Origin: an uncultured Armatimonadetes bacterium
GTDB taxonomy: Bacteria > Armatimonadota > UBA5829 > DTJY01
Direction: 5' to 3'
Length of the DNA stretch: 64,000 bases
Assembly (NCBI GenBank): GCA_963717145.1
Contig: OY970325.1
Location: 4,384,001 to 4,448,000 of the forward strand
The notes under the pieces were generated by a model that searched no databases, was not told the DNA's origin, and was given only the letters and a program-made list of their open reading frames with translations. Below, piece by piece: positions 9,403-19,317 of this stretch. A program made the translations under genes and the position numbers. Numbering within the stretch: position 1 is the first letter of the stretch; each line of letters opens with the position of its first letter.

Positions 9403-10095
9403 TTGATCCCTTTACGTGATGAGAATCCTACCCGCACCGTTCCATATGTAGTCTTTGCGCTGATCATCGTCAACGCCATCGTCTTCGTCTACAATGGAAC
9501 GCTCGCCCCCGGGGCGCATAACCCGCTGGCGGGATTCGAACTTGTGCCGTCTGAACTGACGACGGGCCGGAATGTCGGGGTATCGACTTCGGTGCCGTTC
9601 TGGATGACGATCTTCACCTCGATGTTCCTGCATGCGAACTTGCTGCATATCGGTGGCAACATGCTCTATCTGTGGATCTTTGGCAACAACATCGAGGACC
9701 GGTTGGGGCATTTCAAATTCACGCTGTTCTATCTGGCCTGCGGGTTGGCGGCCGCTCTGGGCCAAGTGATGATGGACCCGGATTCCACCGTGCCGATGGT
9801 CGGTGCGAGCGGCGCGATCGCAGGGGTACTGGGTGCGTATCTCATGCTCTTTCCGGGGGCGAGGATCATCAATCTGGTGTTCCTTTTCTTCTTTATTCAG
9901 GTCGTCGCGCTGCCCGCCTACATTGTGCTCGGCTTCTGGTTCGCGCTGCAATTGCTCAACGGGCTCGTTTTCGGCAGCGGGATGACGCCGGGCGGCGGGA
10001 TCGCATATGCGGCGCACGTCGGCGGGTTCCTCGCCGGTGTGGTCGCGATATATCTGTTCGGCGGGAAGTCGCACCGGCGAATGGGCAATGGTTGA
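9403..10095 (+). CDS. rhomboid family intramembrane serine protease
   Basis: HANLLHIGGNM, GASGA and AHVGGF motifs; TTG start. Confidence 0.93.
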   Translation: MIPLRDENPTRTVPYVVFALIIVNAIVFVYNGTLAPGAHNPLAGFELVPSELTTGRNVGVSTSVPFWMTIFTSMFLHANLLHIGGNMLYLWIFGNNIEDRLGHFKFTLFYLACGLAAALGQVMMDPDSTVPMVGASGAIAGVLGAYLMLFPGARIINLVFLFFFIQVVALPAYIVLGFWFALQLLNGLVFGSGMTPGGGIAYAAHVGGFLAGVVAIYLFGGKSHRRMGNG

Positions 10096-10160
10096 TGGTT
10101 AATGGTGGATACGATTCCTTTCCCCATAAACCATCAACCATTCCCCATCAACCATTCCCA
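10081..10160. repeat. inverted heptamer tandem-repeat element (ATGGTTG/CAACCAT family)
   Basis: Runs of ATGGTTG-like units face runs of CAACCAT-like units; other copies at 17768, 23964 and 57290. Confidence 0.8.
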
Positions 10161-10173
10161 CTGGGGGTACACA

Positions 10174-12114
10174 TTGACTAAGAGAAACTGGCTGCTATGG
10201 CTCCTACTGCTGCCGGGGCTCATTTCGGCGTTCCTCCTGGCAGGCAACAGGTACAGGCTCGAATCGCGCAACAAGGCCGTCGAACTCGCGCTCGACTACG
10301 GCGAACTGCAGAGCCTGTCCGCATCGTCCGGAACCCCGGTGCCGGCGCTGCTCCAGCAGTTCCAGGCCGTTGGAGTGACGAGCGTCGCCGTCACCGAGAC
10401 TCTACTCGGCGATCTGGTTTCGACCGGCCAGGTTTCGTATCAGGGAGTATCATCTCTGAGCGGTCCGGTCACGATCGTGTATGTCCCGGATGCCCCGCTG
10501 TCGGAGCGGGTGTTTCGTTCTCTCGTCGAGCGTCTCGGGACCGATAAGTTCACCCTCGGCAATAGACCGAGCGATAGGTCTGTTCCCAGCGTGCAGGTGT
10601 CCGTCGCGCCCGCGACGCTCAATCTTATGGGGATCGGGCTCCCGCCTGACGAGGTCGCGGTCGTGAAGCATTCCGGCCTGCAGGTCGTCGCGCGCCTGCA
10701 GAACAATCCGGCGATGACGAACAGGGCGATCGGCGCCGCCATTTCGGAGATGCAGCGTGTCGGCATCCGCGAACTGATCTGTTCGGGCGATTCGGTGCTC
10801 GGATTCCGGGGGCTCGTCGAATCGGCGGCGGATCAGATCAAGTCCGCCGGGCTGGTATACGGCTCGGTAGAGTTCGCGAAACAGAAGGGCGATTCGGGAA
10901 TGTGTCGCTACCTTGGCGGGCGGTTTGTCCGGGTCCACAGCATACCGAACGCCGAGATGGCCACGATGGATCCGGTCGACGCCGTCGAGCGCTTCGCTCG
11001 CGGGGTGAAAGAGCGCAATATCCGGCTGTGTTACATCAGGCTCTTCGAGTCCGCCGGTGAAGACCCGATCAGTGTCAACAGGTCATTCGTGTACAACATT
11101 CGTCGCTCGGTGACGAGCGCAGGCTATACACTCGGCCCGGCGCACCCATTCGACGACACGAAGCAGTCGCCCGTGCTGCTGGGCCTGATCGCGCTCTCGG
11201 CGGCGGCGGGGCTTGCGCTTCTCCTTGGTTCGCTCGTTACTGTTTCGGCAGCCGTGCAGTTCGGGCTGCTCTTGCTTGCGTTCCTGGCGTTCACGGGCCT
11301 CACCTTCACGGCTGACTTTGGGAAGCAACTGACGGCGCTGGCAATCGCGATCACATTCCCGTCGCTGGGGATCATCCGAGTGTACGGCCCTTATTTCGGG
11401 CATGAGATCAAGGGCTCATACATACATCCCGCGCTCAGATCGACATCGAGGTTCCTGCGCGCCTCGGCATACTCGCTCACCGGGGCGATTATGATCGCCG
11501 GAATGCTCGGCACGCGGGCCTACATGATCAAGAACGAGCAGTTCGTCGGCATCAAGGCAGCTCACCTTCTTCCGCTCTTGACGGTGGTCTTCGTTATGGC
11601 CGCCGGACTCCCGCTCATGAACGAGTTGCTGCCAACCGTCTGGAAAAGGATCCGAACGAACCTGAGGGAGATCGTCGCGGGCCCGCTCTTCATCTGGCAG
11701 GCGATCGCGGTGGTGTTCGTGATCGGGATCATCGGGTTTGCGCTGATGAGGACCGGCAACGACCCCGGTGTGGGAGTCAGCGTCTTCGAGCTGAAGTTCC
11801 GCGCGATCCTCGACAGGATCATGGTCGTAAGGCCCAGGACAAAGGAGTTCCTGATCGGTCACCCGGCTCTGATCCTCGGCGCGGCATTCCTTTTCGCGCG
11901 GCGCAGATCGATCGGCTTGCCCCTGGTCGCTCTCGGAGTGCTCGGCCAGGTCTCTATGCTGAACACTTTCTGCCATATCCATACGCCATTGCTACTGACC
12001 GCATTCCGTGCGTTCAACGGACTGATTCTCGGCATGGTTATCGGTCTGGCCGCCTGGTGGTTTATTGGCAGACCGATCGTGCGCGCTACCGCAGAAAGAG
12101 CGGACGAGAAGTAA
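10174..12114 (+). CDS. DUF5693 family membrane protein
   Basis: ERFARGVKERNIR, RPRTKEFLIGHP and NTFCHIHTP motifs; directly upstream of csaB; TTG start inferred. Confidence 0.85.
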   Translation: MTKRNWLLWLLLLPGLISAFLLAGNRYRLESRNKAVELALDYGELQSLSASSGTPVPALLQQFQAVGVTSVAVTETLLGDLVSTGQVSYQGVSSLSGPVTIVYVPDAPLSERVFRSLVERLGTDKFTLGNRPSDRSVPSVQVSVAPATLNLMGIGLPPDEVAVVKHSGLQVVARLQNNPAMTNRAIGAAISEMQRVGIRELICSGDSVLGFRGLVESAADQIKSAGLVYGSVEFAKQKGDSGMCRYLGGRFVRVHSIPNAEMATMDPVDAVERFARGVKERNIRLCYIRLFESAGEDPISVNRSFVYNIRRSVTSAGYTLGPAHPFDDTKQSPVLLGLIALSAAAGLALLLGSLVTVSAAVQFGLLLLAFLAFTGLTFTADFGKQLTALAIAITFPSLGIIRVYGPYFGHEIKGSYIHPALRSTSRFLRASAYSLTGAIMIAGMLGTRAYMIKNEQFVGIKAAHLLPLLTVVFVMAAGLPLMNELLPTVWKRIRTNLREIVAGPLFIWQAIAVVFVIGIIGFALMRTGNDPGVGVSVFELKFRAILDRIMVVRPRTKEFLIGHPALILGAAFLFARRRSIGLPLVALGVLGQVSMLNTFCHIHTPLLLTAFRAFNGLILGMVIGLAAWWFIGRPIVRATAERADEK

Positions 12115-12117
12115 CTT

Positions 12118-13224
12118 TTGACGGCCCCCAAACGTATATTAATTGCAGGGTACTACGGATTTTCGAACACCGGTGACGAGGCTGTTCTGGCCTCGATTGT
12201 CTCCGGGCTTCGACGGCAGGCGGGCGACGACCTCGATATCGCGGTCCTCTCCGCGCGGCCCGAGGAGACTGCTCGTACCCATGGCGTCAGGTCCGTCGGG
12301 CGGATGGATCTTCGCCGCGTGAGAGAGAGCATCCGTGGGTGCGATCTGTTCATCAGCGGAGGTGGAAGCCTCCTTCAGGACGCGACCAGCTTCAAGTCGC
12401 TCGTGTACTATCTTGCTCTGATCGAGATGGCCGAGCGAGCAGGCCGGGAAGTGATGGTCCTGGGGCAGGGGATCGGCCCGCTTCGACGGGGTATCTCTCG
12501 CATACTGACCCGCCGAGCGCTGGACAGAGTGTCGCTCATCACCGTGAGAGACGACGAGTCGGCGGACCTCCTGGCGCAGATCGGGGTCAGGCGTCCGAGG
12601 ATAGAGGTCACGGCGGATCCGACATTCACCCTGCGTCCGTGTCCTGTTGAGGAGGCGCACCGGCTGCTGGCCGAGGCAGGCGTCGTTCCGGATGAGGATA
12701 TCGTTGCGGTGTCGCTCAGGGAGTGGCCGGAATCGCCGGAGATCGAGTCCGCCGCCATCGACGCGCTCGCCGATCTTGCGAACCGGCTCCCGGCGAGGCT
12801 GCTGCTCATTCCGATGCAGATGCCGGGCGATGTCGAGATGGCTCGCAGGATCCGGCGTGCGATCGGCGAACGGATCGCGGTCCTGCCCGATGGATGCTCT
12901 CCCGAGCAAGTGATGGGAGCGGTGTCCGTATGCGGAATGGTTGTGGCGATGCGCCTGCACGCGCTGATCTTCGCGGCGTCAGCGGGCATACCGGCGCTGG
13001 GGATCAGTTACGATCCCAAGGTAACGAGTTTCATCGCGGCGGTGGGCCAGGACGGCATCTCTCTGAGAGAGGTGACATCCGGCCTGCTGGTAGACCGTGT
13101 GATCGAATCATGGAACCGGCGGTCTGATCTCGCCGTCCGACTAACTGAGCGAGTCCCGAAGCTGCGGGAGCTTGCCGAGCGGAATTTCCGCTTGGCCGCC
13201 GAGTTGCTGGCCGGAAGACTCTAG
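12118..13224 (+). CDS. csaB: polysaccharide pyruvyl transferase CsaB
   Basis: GYYGFSNTGDEA, GGGSLLQDATS, MRLHALIFA and YDPKV. Confidence 0.92.
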   Translation: MTAPKRILIAGYYGFSNTGDEAVLASIVSGLRRQAGDDLDIAVLSARPEETARTHGVRSVGRMDLRRVRESIRGCDLFISGGGSLLQDATSFKSLVYYLALIEMAERAGREVMVLGQGIGPLRRGISRILTRRALDRVSLITVRDDESADLLAQIGVRRPRIEVTADPTFTLRPCPVEEAHRLLAEAGVVPDEDIVAVSLREWPESPEIESAAIDALADLANRLPARLLLIPMQMPGDVEMARRIRRAIGERIAVLPDGCSPEQVMGAVSVCGMVVAMRLHALIFAASAGIPALGISYDPKVTSFIAAVGQDGISLREVTSGLLVDRVIESWNRRSDLAVRLTERVPKLRELAERNFRLAAELLAGRL

Positions 13225-13295
13225 ACTCTCGACTTTGACCCCCCGGATACCGCCTCGCCCGGCGGATACTCTCGCAGAAAGGGTGTAGCCATACT

Positions 13296-14750
13296 ATGAA
13301 AAGAACATACCGCATTCCGATCCTCCTGGCAGCAATCGTCATTATCGCTGCTCTCATCCAGGGCTGTGGCGGAGGAAGCAGCAAGAGCAGCGCCGTTCAC
13401 GGCACTGTCGCCGACCTCGATCGCAATGTCGTAATCGACGCAGACGTCTGGATCGGCTCTCATCATGCCCGGAGCCTCGTCACAGGCGCCTTCGGCATTG
13501 AAAACGTCCCGAGTGGGTGGCAGACGATCCACGCCAGAGCGACCGTCGATGGCAGGCAGTGGGAAGGCAGCACGGCAGTCGAGGTGCTCAAGAACGAGCC
13601 GACGATGAATGCCAACATCGTGCTCGCGCCCGCCGCCGACCTGACTACGATAACGGGCACTGTCACCGCCGGTGGCAGGAGGATCTCGGGCGCGAGAGTC
13701 CTGGTCACCACTCGCATCCTGCTGCCGTCCGGATCATCCAGTCAGGATGGCGCTTACGGCTCGATCGTGGCAGTGACGGACGGCCGTGGGGACTACCGCC
13801 TGGAGGACGTCCCGATGGGCCGGAGCGCGGTTATCAGCGCCTCCAACGCAGGCTTCGACAATGACGAAGTGCAGGTGGATGAGATCACCGATGGCATGTC
13901 CATCGATTTCAACTTGATCGCCTCAACCCAGCAGATTCCGGATGCGCCGGAACTCACCGGTGTAGAGTCATGGACGATGCCGAACCCGCTCGTCAGATCG
14001 TTCTCGACGCAGGCGACCCAGGGCAATCCTTATGACGCCGTCAAGGCATTCACCTCGAAGAAGTTCCGGGCGTCGCTCCAGAATCGCAAGACATCAGCCG
14101 CCGCCGCTCCGATGGCGGTCCGGGCCGTTTCGTCCGGCTCGCTGATCGAGATCGATCTCTACTGGAACGCTCTCGACGTGAACCTCTCCAGGGACATCGC
14201 GGGCTACGGCATCTACCGCAGCGTCGGTTCCGCCGATTTCTTCGCGATAGACTGGGTACGCGATCCATACGCCAACTTCTACGGCGATATGGGCGGGGAG
14301 ATCGAGCCAGGCGTCAACTACGACTACAGCGTGTCGGCGGTGAACCTCGATTTCCTGGATAAGCCGGTCAATCAGACGGAGAGCAACTGGAGCAATGTGC
14401 TGGGCGTGACTCCGCTGGGGAGCCTTCAGGCCCAGAACCCGTCGAATGATGCTTCCGTCGGCGGAAACCCGATCTTCACCTGGCAGCCCGTTTCGAGAGC
14501 GGATTCGTACTCCGTGTACGTGTACGCGGAATTCCCGACCATCCCGCTCGATCCGGGCGGCGACTACGGCGGCAGTCCGCCCTCATACGGCGTATTCCCG
14601 ATCTGGACCTCGGACTGGGAGGACGTCGACTCGGTTCAGTACGCCGGCCCCGCACTCAGTGCGGGTCACAGGTACTACTGGATCGTGACCGGGCAGGATA
14701 CGTCGCAGAGCGCGTATTCGTACAGCGAACTCCGATCGTTCACGAGATAG
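13296..14750 (+). CDS. lipoprotein with carboxypeptidase-regulatory-like and FN3-like beta domains
   Basis: Lipobox LIQG-C; TDGRGDYRLEDVP; DIAGYGIYRS...YDYSVSAV. Confidence 0.7.
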   Translation: MKRTYRIPILLAAIVIIAALIQGCGGGSSKSSAVHGTVADLDRNVVIDADVWIGSHHARSLVTGAFGIENVPSGWQTIHARATVDGRQWEGSTAVEVLKNEPTMNANIVLAPAADLTTITGTVTAGGRRISGARVLVTTRILLPSGSSSQDGAYGSIVAVTDGRGDYRLEDVPMGRSAVISASNAGFDNDEVQVDEITDGMSIDFNLIASTQQIPDAPELTGVESWTMPNPLVRSFSTQATQGNPYDAVKAFTSKKFRASLQNRKTSAAAAPMAVRAVSSGSLIEIDLYWNALDVNLSRDIAGYGIYRSVGSADFFAIDWVRDPYANFYGDMGGEIEPGVNYDYSVSAVNLDFLDKPVNQTESNWSNVLGVTPLGSLQAQNPSNDASVGGNPIFTWQPVSRADSYSVYVYAEFPTIPLDPGGDYGGSPPSYGVFPIWTSDWEDVDSVQYAGPALSAGHRYYWIVTGQDTSQSAYSYSELRSFTR

Positions 14751-15314
14751 ATGTTGAAGCGTTTGGTTCCACTGCTAACGGTTGTCGTTCTGGTTGCAGG
14801 GCTTCTCTGGTCGTTCATGTACCTGAGAGCCCTGCATCCGTTCGGCTCGGCCGTCACCGATCTGGGCGACGAGCGCCTGCAGAACGTCGGACTGGTGTTC
14901 GACAGGGCGACTCTCGTCGGCTGGTCGAACCACAGTAAGGCTTGGCAGATTCACGCAAAGGCGGTCGAGGTGAGCCGTGACCGCCGGCTTGCGACATTTC
15001 GAGGGGTCACCGACAGTTACCTCATGAGCAAGGGCGAGCGGCTTGCATCCATCACGGCGAGTGAGGCTGTCTATAATACCATCACACGTAACGTCTCGCT
15101 GCCCGGAGCAGTGAAGTTGAGCGTCAAGGATGGGCCGGTGCTCAAGACGAAGAACATGTTCTGGGACGCCGCCCGATCGAGGCTCGCATGCTCCGGCGGG
15201 GTCATGGCGACGATGGATGGCAGCTCATTCCAGGGCGACAGTATGGTGGCGAACCTGGACAACAGGGAGCTGACCGTCACCAGGGTTCGAGGCGTCATCC
15301 GCATCCCGGAGTGA
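14751..15314 (+). CDS. lptC: LptC-like LPS export periplasmic protein
   Basis: Single N-terminal TM helix, WQIHAKAV and beta-jellyroll pattern; precedes an LptA-like gene. Confidence 0.65.
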   Translation: MLKRLVPLLTVVVLVAGLLWSFMYLRALHPFGSAVTDLGDERLQNVGLVFDRATLVGWSNHSKAWQIHAKAVEVSRDRRLATFRGVTDSYLMSKGERLASITASEAVYNTITRNVSLPGAVKLSVKDGPVLKTKNMFWDAARSRLACSGGVMATMDGSSFQGDSMVANLDNRELTVTRVRGVIRIPE

Positions 15315-15327
15315 CCGGAGGACAGCA

Positions 15328-16116
15328 GTGCACGGAATGGTTGAGAAGTTGAGACCCATGAGGCTTGCGGTTGTGCCGGCATTGGCGGCGCTTCTGCTCG
15401 CGGCGGTCGTGGTTGTCGCCCAGCAGGCTGAGAAGCCGCCCGCCGAGGTGAAGTACACCGAGATCAAGTACTCCGCCGATACCTCCTCATACCGCTGGGA
15501 CGGCGAGGACCGTATCATCGCGCTCAAGGGGAATGTGAAATTCGTCCAGGGCGACACGACCGTCACCGCGGACAAGGCCGATTACCGCGAAAGCACCAAG
15601 ACCGCTCAGGTGTCCGGTAACCTCAAGATCACCGACCCGCAGACCGATGCGACCGGCGAGCTGTGCACTGTGAACTTCCAGGACAAGAAGGCCATGCTGA
15701 CCGGGAAGGTACACATGACCGCGCGGCCGAAGCTCAAGCCCAAGCCGGAGAATCCCGCCGCCAACAACAAGCCGAAGCCGGTCAGCGCCGAGTGGAAGGA
15801 CGAAGTCGTGGTGACCTGCGACAAGATCGAGTACTTCTACAAGGAGAAGCGCGCGGAGGCGACAGGGACTCTGAAGATCGTCCAGAAGAACAGGATCATC
15901 ACCGCCGATGCGGGCACGTATCTCGGCAAGGAAGAGATCGTGAAGCTCACCGGCAACATCCAGGCAAAGGATGAGAAGGAGAAGCACACCTTCTCAGCGC
16001 CGAAAGTCACCGTCTCTCTCAAGCAGGACGACGAATGGGTCGAGGCCGAGAAGGCGACCGGCACGTTTTACATCAAGGACGAAGAGTCCCCGGCTGAGGG
16101 AACGAGCAAGCAGTAA
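15328..16116 (+). CDS. lptA: LptA/OstA-like protein
   Basis: Signal peptide; repeated OstA-type LKGNVKFVQGDTTVTADKA motifs. Confidence 0.7.
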   Translation: MHGMVEKLRPMRLAVVPALAALLLAAVVVVAQQAEKPPAEVKYTEIKYSADTSSYRWDGEDRIIALKGNVKFVQGDTTVTADKADYRESTKTAQVSGNLKITDPQTDATGELCTVNFQDKKAMLTGKVHMTARPKLKPKPENPAANNKPKPVSAEWKDEVVVTCDKIEYFYKEKRAEATGTLKIVQKNRIITADAGTYLGKEEIVKLTGNIQAKDEKEKHTFSAPKVTVSLKQDDEWVEAEKATGTFYIKDEESPAEGTSKQ

Positions 16117-16152
16117 ACGGTCAAGCCCCCTCCACCTACTGAACACGACGAT

Positions 16153-16245
16153 GATGCTTCGGTAGCAGAGCGAAGTGGCGCTGCCGAAGCGGATGTACCA
16201 GCGTGTGGCTTCGGCAGCGCCACTTCGCTCTGCTACCGAAGCATC
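16153..16245. repeat. REP-like inverted doublet (GCTTCGGTAGC family)
   Basis: Perfect 38-bp arms, each internally palindromic, between convergent genes. Confidence 0.85.
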
Positions 16246-16285
16246 GCGCTCTCCAGTCGAGACCACTAGATGCGTTCGCCCTGAC

Positions 16286-17746
16286 TCACTGCATCTCCGC
16301 CAGCGCCGTCACGATCTTGTCCTGTACCGCATTCACCTCTGTCGAGCTGCACAGATGATGGTTCATCATGATCGAGAACGCCAGCGGCTCGCCCGCCTTC
16401 GTCGTCACGTAGCCGGAAAGCGTCCTCACCCGGCTGATGTAGCCGGTCTTCGCCTTGCAGTTCCCAGCGGCGGCAGTGCCCTTCATCCGGCTGCGGAGCG
16501 TGCCGTCCACTCCCGCGATCGGGAGCGAATCCATGTAGAGCTTGCCGTCCTTGTGGCGGTACATATAAGCCAGCAGGGTCGCCAGGTTGCTCGGTGAGAC
16601 GTAGTTCATACGCGCGAGCCCGGAGCCGTCGATGATGCTCAGTGCGGTCATGTCGAGCCCCGCCTTCTTCAGGAACTCCATCTCGACCTCCGCGCCTTTC
16701 GCGGAGCTGCCTCTTCCATTGAACTCCGCCCCTAGCGCCTTGAGGAGCGTTTCGGCGATCAGGTTGTCGCTCGGCTTGTTCAGAAGAAGCAGCATCTCGG
16801 ACATCGGAACGGACTGGTGGAACGCCACCATCTCCGCGCCCTCCGGCTTGGCGCCCCGAACCGCCTTGCCCTTGACCACGATGTCCGCCCGTTGAAGCAT
16901 CTCTTTCAGCACGGTCGCGGCAAAGAGCGTCGGCTCCTCCATGGTGATCGCCTCTTCCGGGCTCTCCGGCTTGCCCTCAGCCAGGTTCGGGGCGAGGGGC
17001 ACACTGCCCGTCACGTGGATGACGTTTCGACCCCGGATCCTGTCGACCGAGATCGTCTTCTTTGAGTCCGCCTTGCCCGTCGTGGAGTCGTTCTGGACGG
17101 TCATATACGCTGTCGCCGGTGTTATCCACACCGTCGTCTTTGCGCCCTCTTTCACTCCGGGACGAACGTACACGTCCACGACGTTCTTGTTGAGGCAGAG
17201 CGCGCTGAGTTGGGCGGAGTAGTAGTACGGCTCGTCATCCCAGTTCCAACCCCAGCCCAAACGCACGTCGTCGAACCAGGTGTCATCGCCGATGATGTTG
17301 CCCTCGATGACCTTGATTCCCTTGATCTGATCGGCCATCTGCTGCAGTTCACCCGGCTTGAGCACGGCGTTGCCGCGTCCGACGAGGATCACGTCGCCCT
17401 TCAGGACACCATCGGAGGTGCGCTCGCCACTCGTGTACAGCTCAGTCTTGAAGCGGTAGTTCGGCCCGAACTTGTCGAGTGACGTGGCCGAGACCAAGAG
17501 CTTGAAGTTCGATGCCGGAATGAACACCAGGTCCCTGTTCTTCTCATAGATCGTTCGCCCGTCCTTGAGCGATCGAACGACGACGCCTGCCAGTCCGTGA
17601 GCCAGCGCCGGATCCGTCAGCGCCTGGTCGATGGCTTGCGCGACCTCGGGTTCTGTGGAGGCCTGAGCCATCGGAACGGCAAACGAGACTGCCAGGATCA
17701 GCAGCACCAGGTACTGCAGGTTTCTTCTGCGTAAGATCATGTTCAT
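16286..17746 (-). CDS. dacB: D-alanyl-D-alanine carboxypeptidase/endopeptidase (PBP4, peptidase S13)
   Basis: PASNFK (SxxK), SDN, DGSGL and KTG motifs; signal peptide. Confidence 0.93.
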   Translation of the reverse strand: MNMILRRRNLQYLVLLILAVSFAVPMAQASTEPEVAQAIDQALTDPALAHGLAGVVVRSLKDGRTIYEKNRDLVFIPASNFKLLVSATSLDKFGPNYRFKTELYTSGERTSDGVLKGDVILVGRGNAVLKPGELQQMADQIKGIKVIEGNIIGDDTWFDDVRLGWGWNWDDEPYYYSAQLSALCLNKNVVDVYVRPGVKEGAKTTVWITPATAYMTVQNDSTTGKADSKKTISVDRIRGRNVIHVTGSVPLAPNLAEGKPESPEEAITMEEPTLFAATVLKEMLQRADIVVKGKAVRGAKPEGAEMVAFHQSVPMSEMLLLLNKPSDNLIAETLLKALGAEFNGRGSSAKGAEVEMEFLKKAGLDMTALSIIDGSGLARMNYVSPSNLATLLAYMYRHKDGKLYMDSLPIAGVDGTLRSRMKGTAAAGNCKAKTGYISRVRTLSGYVTTKAGEPLAFSIMMNHHLCSSTEVNAVQDKIVTALAEMQ

Positions 17747-17767
17747 GAGCACTAACCTTTCGAATGT

Positions 17768-17864
17768 GGGAATGGCTGATGGAGAATGGTTGATGGCTGA
17801 TGGTCGATGGTTGATGCCGGAGTCTGCATTCCCCATCAACCATGAACCATCAACCATTCCCCAT
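17768..17864. repeat. inverted heptamer tandem-repeat element
   Basis: (ATGGYTG)n followed by (CAACCAT)n. Confidence 0.8.
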
Positions 17865-17911
17865 GTCCTGCCACCAGTATGTTCCGCCAAGGAGGGGTTC
17901 TTGTCCTTCTC

Positions 17912-17940
17912 TTGAACCTTGGCCGGGCGAGTGTTATAAT
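17912..17940 (+). promoter_or_regulatory. sigma70-type promoter
   Basis: TTGAAC-17 bp-TATAAT with TGn extension. Confidence 0.7.
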
Positions 17941-17967
17941 CGCATAGCTCAACCGCGAGGTGCAAGG

Positions 17968-19011
17968 ATGCAGATCAGCGCGATAACCGCATCGGTTTCC
18001 GATCTTCCGCTCAAGGAACCGTTCGAGACGGCGAAGGGGCGGAAGACTTCATCTCCCGCCGTAGTCATGGAGATGCGTCTCGCCAACGGCGTCGTTGGAA
18101 TGGGGGCCGCCACGCCGGTGAAGTACGTCACCGGCGAGGATATCCAGTCGGTGATCACGGCGGTCGGCATGTGCAAAGACGATCTGATCGGTATGGACCC
18201 TCGATCCTACCGAGCCATCTTCGACGTGCTCTGTGAGGCCCTCCCGGACGATCCATCCGCTCGCGCCGGGCTCAAGATCGCAGCCGTGGACGCGTTCTGC
18301 AAGCTGTACAACCTGCCGATGCACCGGTTTTTTGGCGGCGCGCTCAACGAGGTCGAGACCGACGTCACCATCCCGATCACCTCGCCCGAGAACGCTCGTG
18401 AGTTGGCTCGTCAGGCCGCCGCGAACGGGTTCCACAGCCTCAAAGTGAAGGTCGGGTCTGACGACGTCGAGGAAGACATCGCCCGTGTCCGCGCGATGAG
18501 CGAGGGTGCGCCCAAGTGTCTCATCCGCGCCGATGCGAATCAGGGATTCGTGCCGACCGTCGCAGTCGGCTTCGTTCACAAGCTCCTGAACGCCGGCATC
18601 AAGCTCGACATGCTCGAACAGCCGGTCGACTACAAGGACCTGGACGGACTGCGCTACGTCACGCAGCACACATCGATACCCGTGTTCGCCGATGAAAGCG
18701 TGCAGAAGCCCGCAGATGCCATCAAGCTCGTGGAACTCGACGCTGTAGACGGCATGAACATCAAGCTGATGAAATCCGGCATCTCGGGCGCGCTCGATAT
18801 CATTGCCATCTGTCGCGCCGCGCAGAAGCAGTTGATGCTGGGGTGCATGATCGAGTCCGCGTATGGGTTCTCGGCGGCGATTCATCTTGCGGCCGGCACC
18901 GGCGTCTTTGGCCGGCTCGACCTCGACGCGCACCTTCTTCTCGCCGAGCAGCCGGGAACGTCCGGGCTGTTCACGGCTGACGGCCCGATGCTCAGGCCCG
19001 ACGACGGCTGA
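17968..19011 (+). CDS. L-Ala-D/L-Glu dipeptide epimerase (enolase superfamily)
   Basis: KVKVG, DANQG, EQP, DES, NIKLMK, GCMIES and DLD motifs. Confidence 0.88.
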   Translation: MQISAITASVSDLPLKEPFETAKGRKTSSPAVVMEMRLANGVVGMGAATPVKYVTGEDIQSVITAVGMCKDDLIGMDPRSYRAIFDVLCEALPDDPSARAGLKIAAVDAFCKLYNLPMHRFFGGALNEVETDVTIPITSPENARELARQAAANGFHSLKVKVGSDDVEEDIARVRAMSEGAPKCLIRADANQGFVPTVAVGFVHKLLNAGIKLDMLEQPVDYKDLDGLRYVTQHTSIPVFADESVQKPADAIKLVELDAVDGMNIKLMKSGISGALDIIAICRAAQKQLMLGCMIESAYGFSAAIHLAAGTGVFGRLDLDAHLLLAEQPGTSGLFTADGPMLRPDDG

Positions 19012-19209
19012 TGTGCCTGCGGTGCATTCGAGTTGAAGTGGGTGGCGACCGTCTCTCGTTATGGTTTCCAGAGAAACCTACTCGAGACTAGACGGGGTTG
19101 GGGTCTGGGAAGCCTGGCAGACCTCCGACCGTTCTCCACGAGTAGCCACTCTGGTGGCATAACGAGAGGCCGACTCACTCTGCGGAAATGCACCCGATGT
19201 GCCTGCGGT
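19010..19209 (+). other. rod-folding 172-bp insert flanked by 14-bp direct repeats (candidate structured RNA or non-autonomous element)
   Basis: GATGTGCCTGCGGT at 19010 and 19196; nested stems with G-U pairs in between. Confidence 0.65.
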
Positions 19210-19212
19210 TGC

Positions 19213-19241
19213 TTGACAGGACACGAGTCATTCTGTATACT
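19213..19241 (+). promoter_or_regulatory. sigma70-type promoter of murA
   Basis: TTGACA-17 bp-TATACT. Confidence 0.75.
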
Positions 19242-19317
19242 TTTCCAGGCAAAGAGGGCCGCACGGCACGGATTGAGCCGTTCGCTCCCAAGCCAGCCAT
19301 TCGGGAGGACCCGTTAT

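Noticed and set aside
19021-19194. 6S RNA identity for the rod-like element
   Set aside because: The length fits, but there is no large central bubble or evident promoter, and the flanking 14-bp repeat points to an insertion; not excluded without an Rfam search
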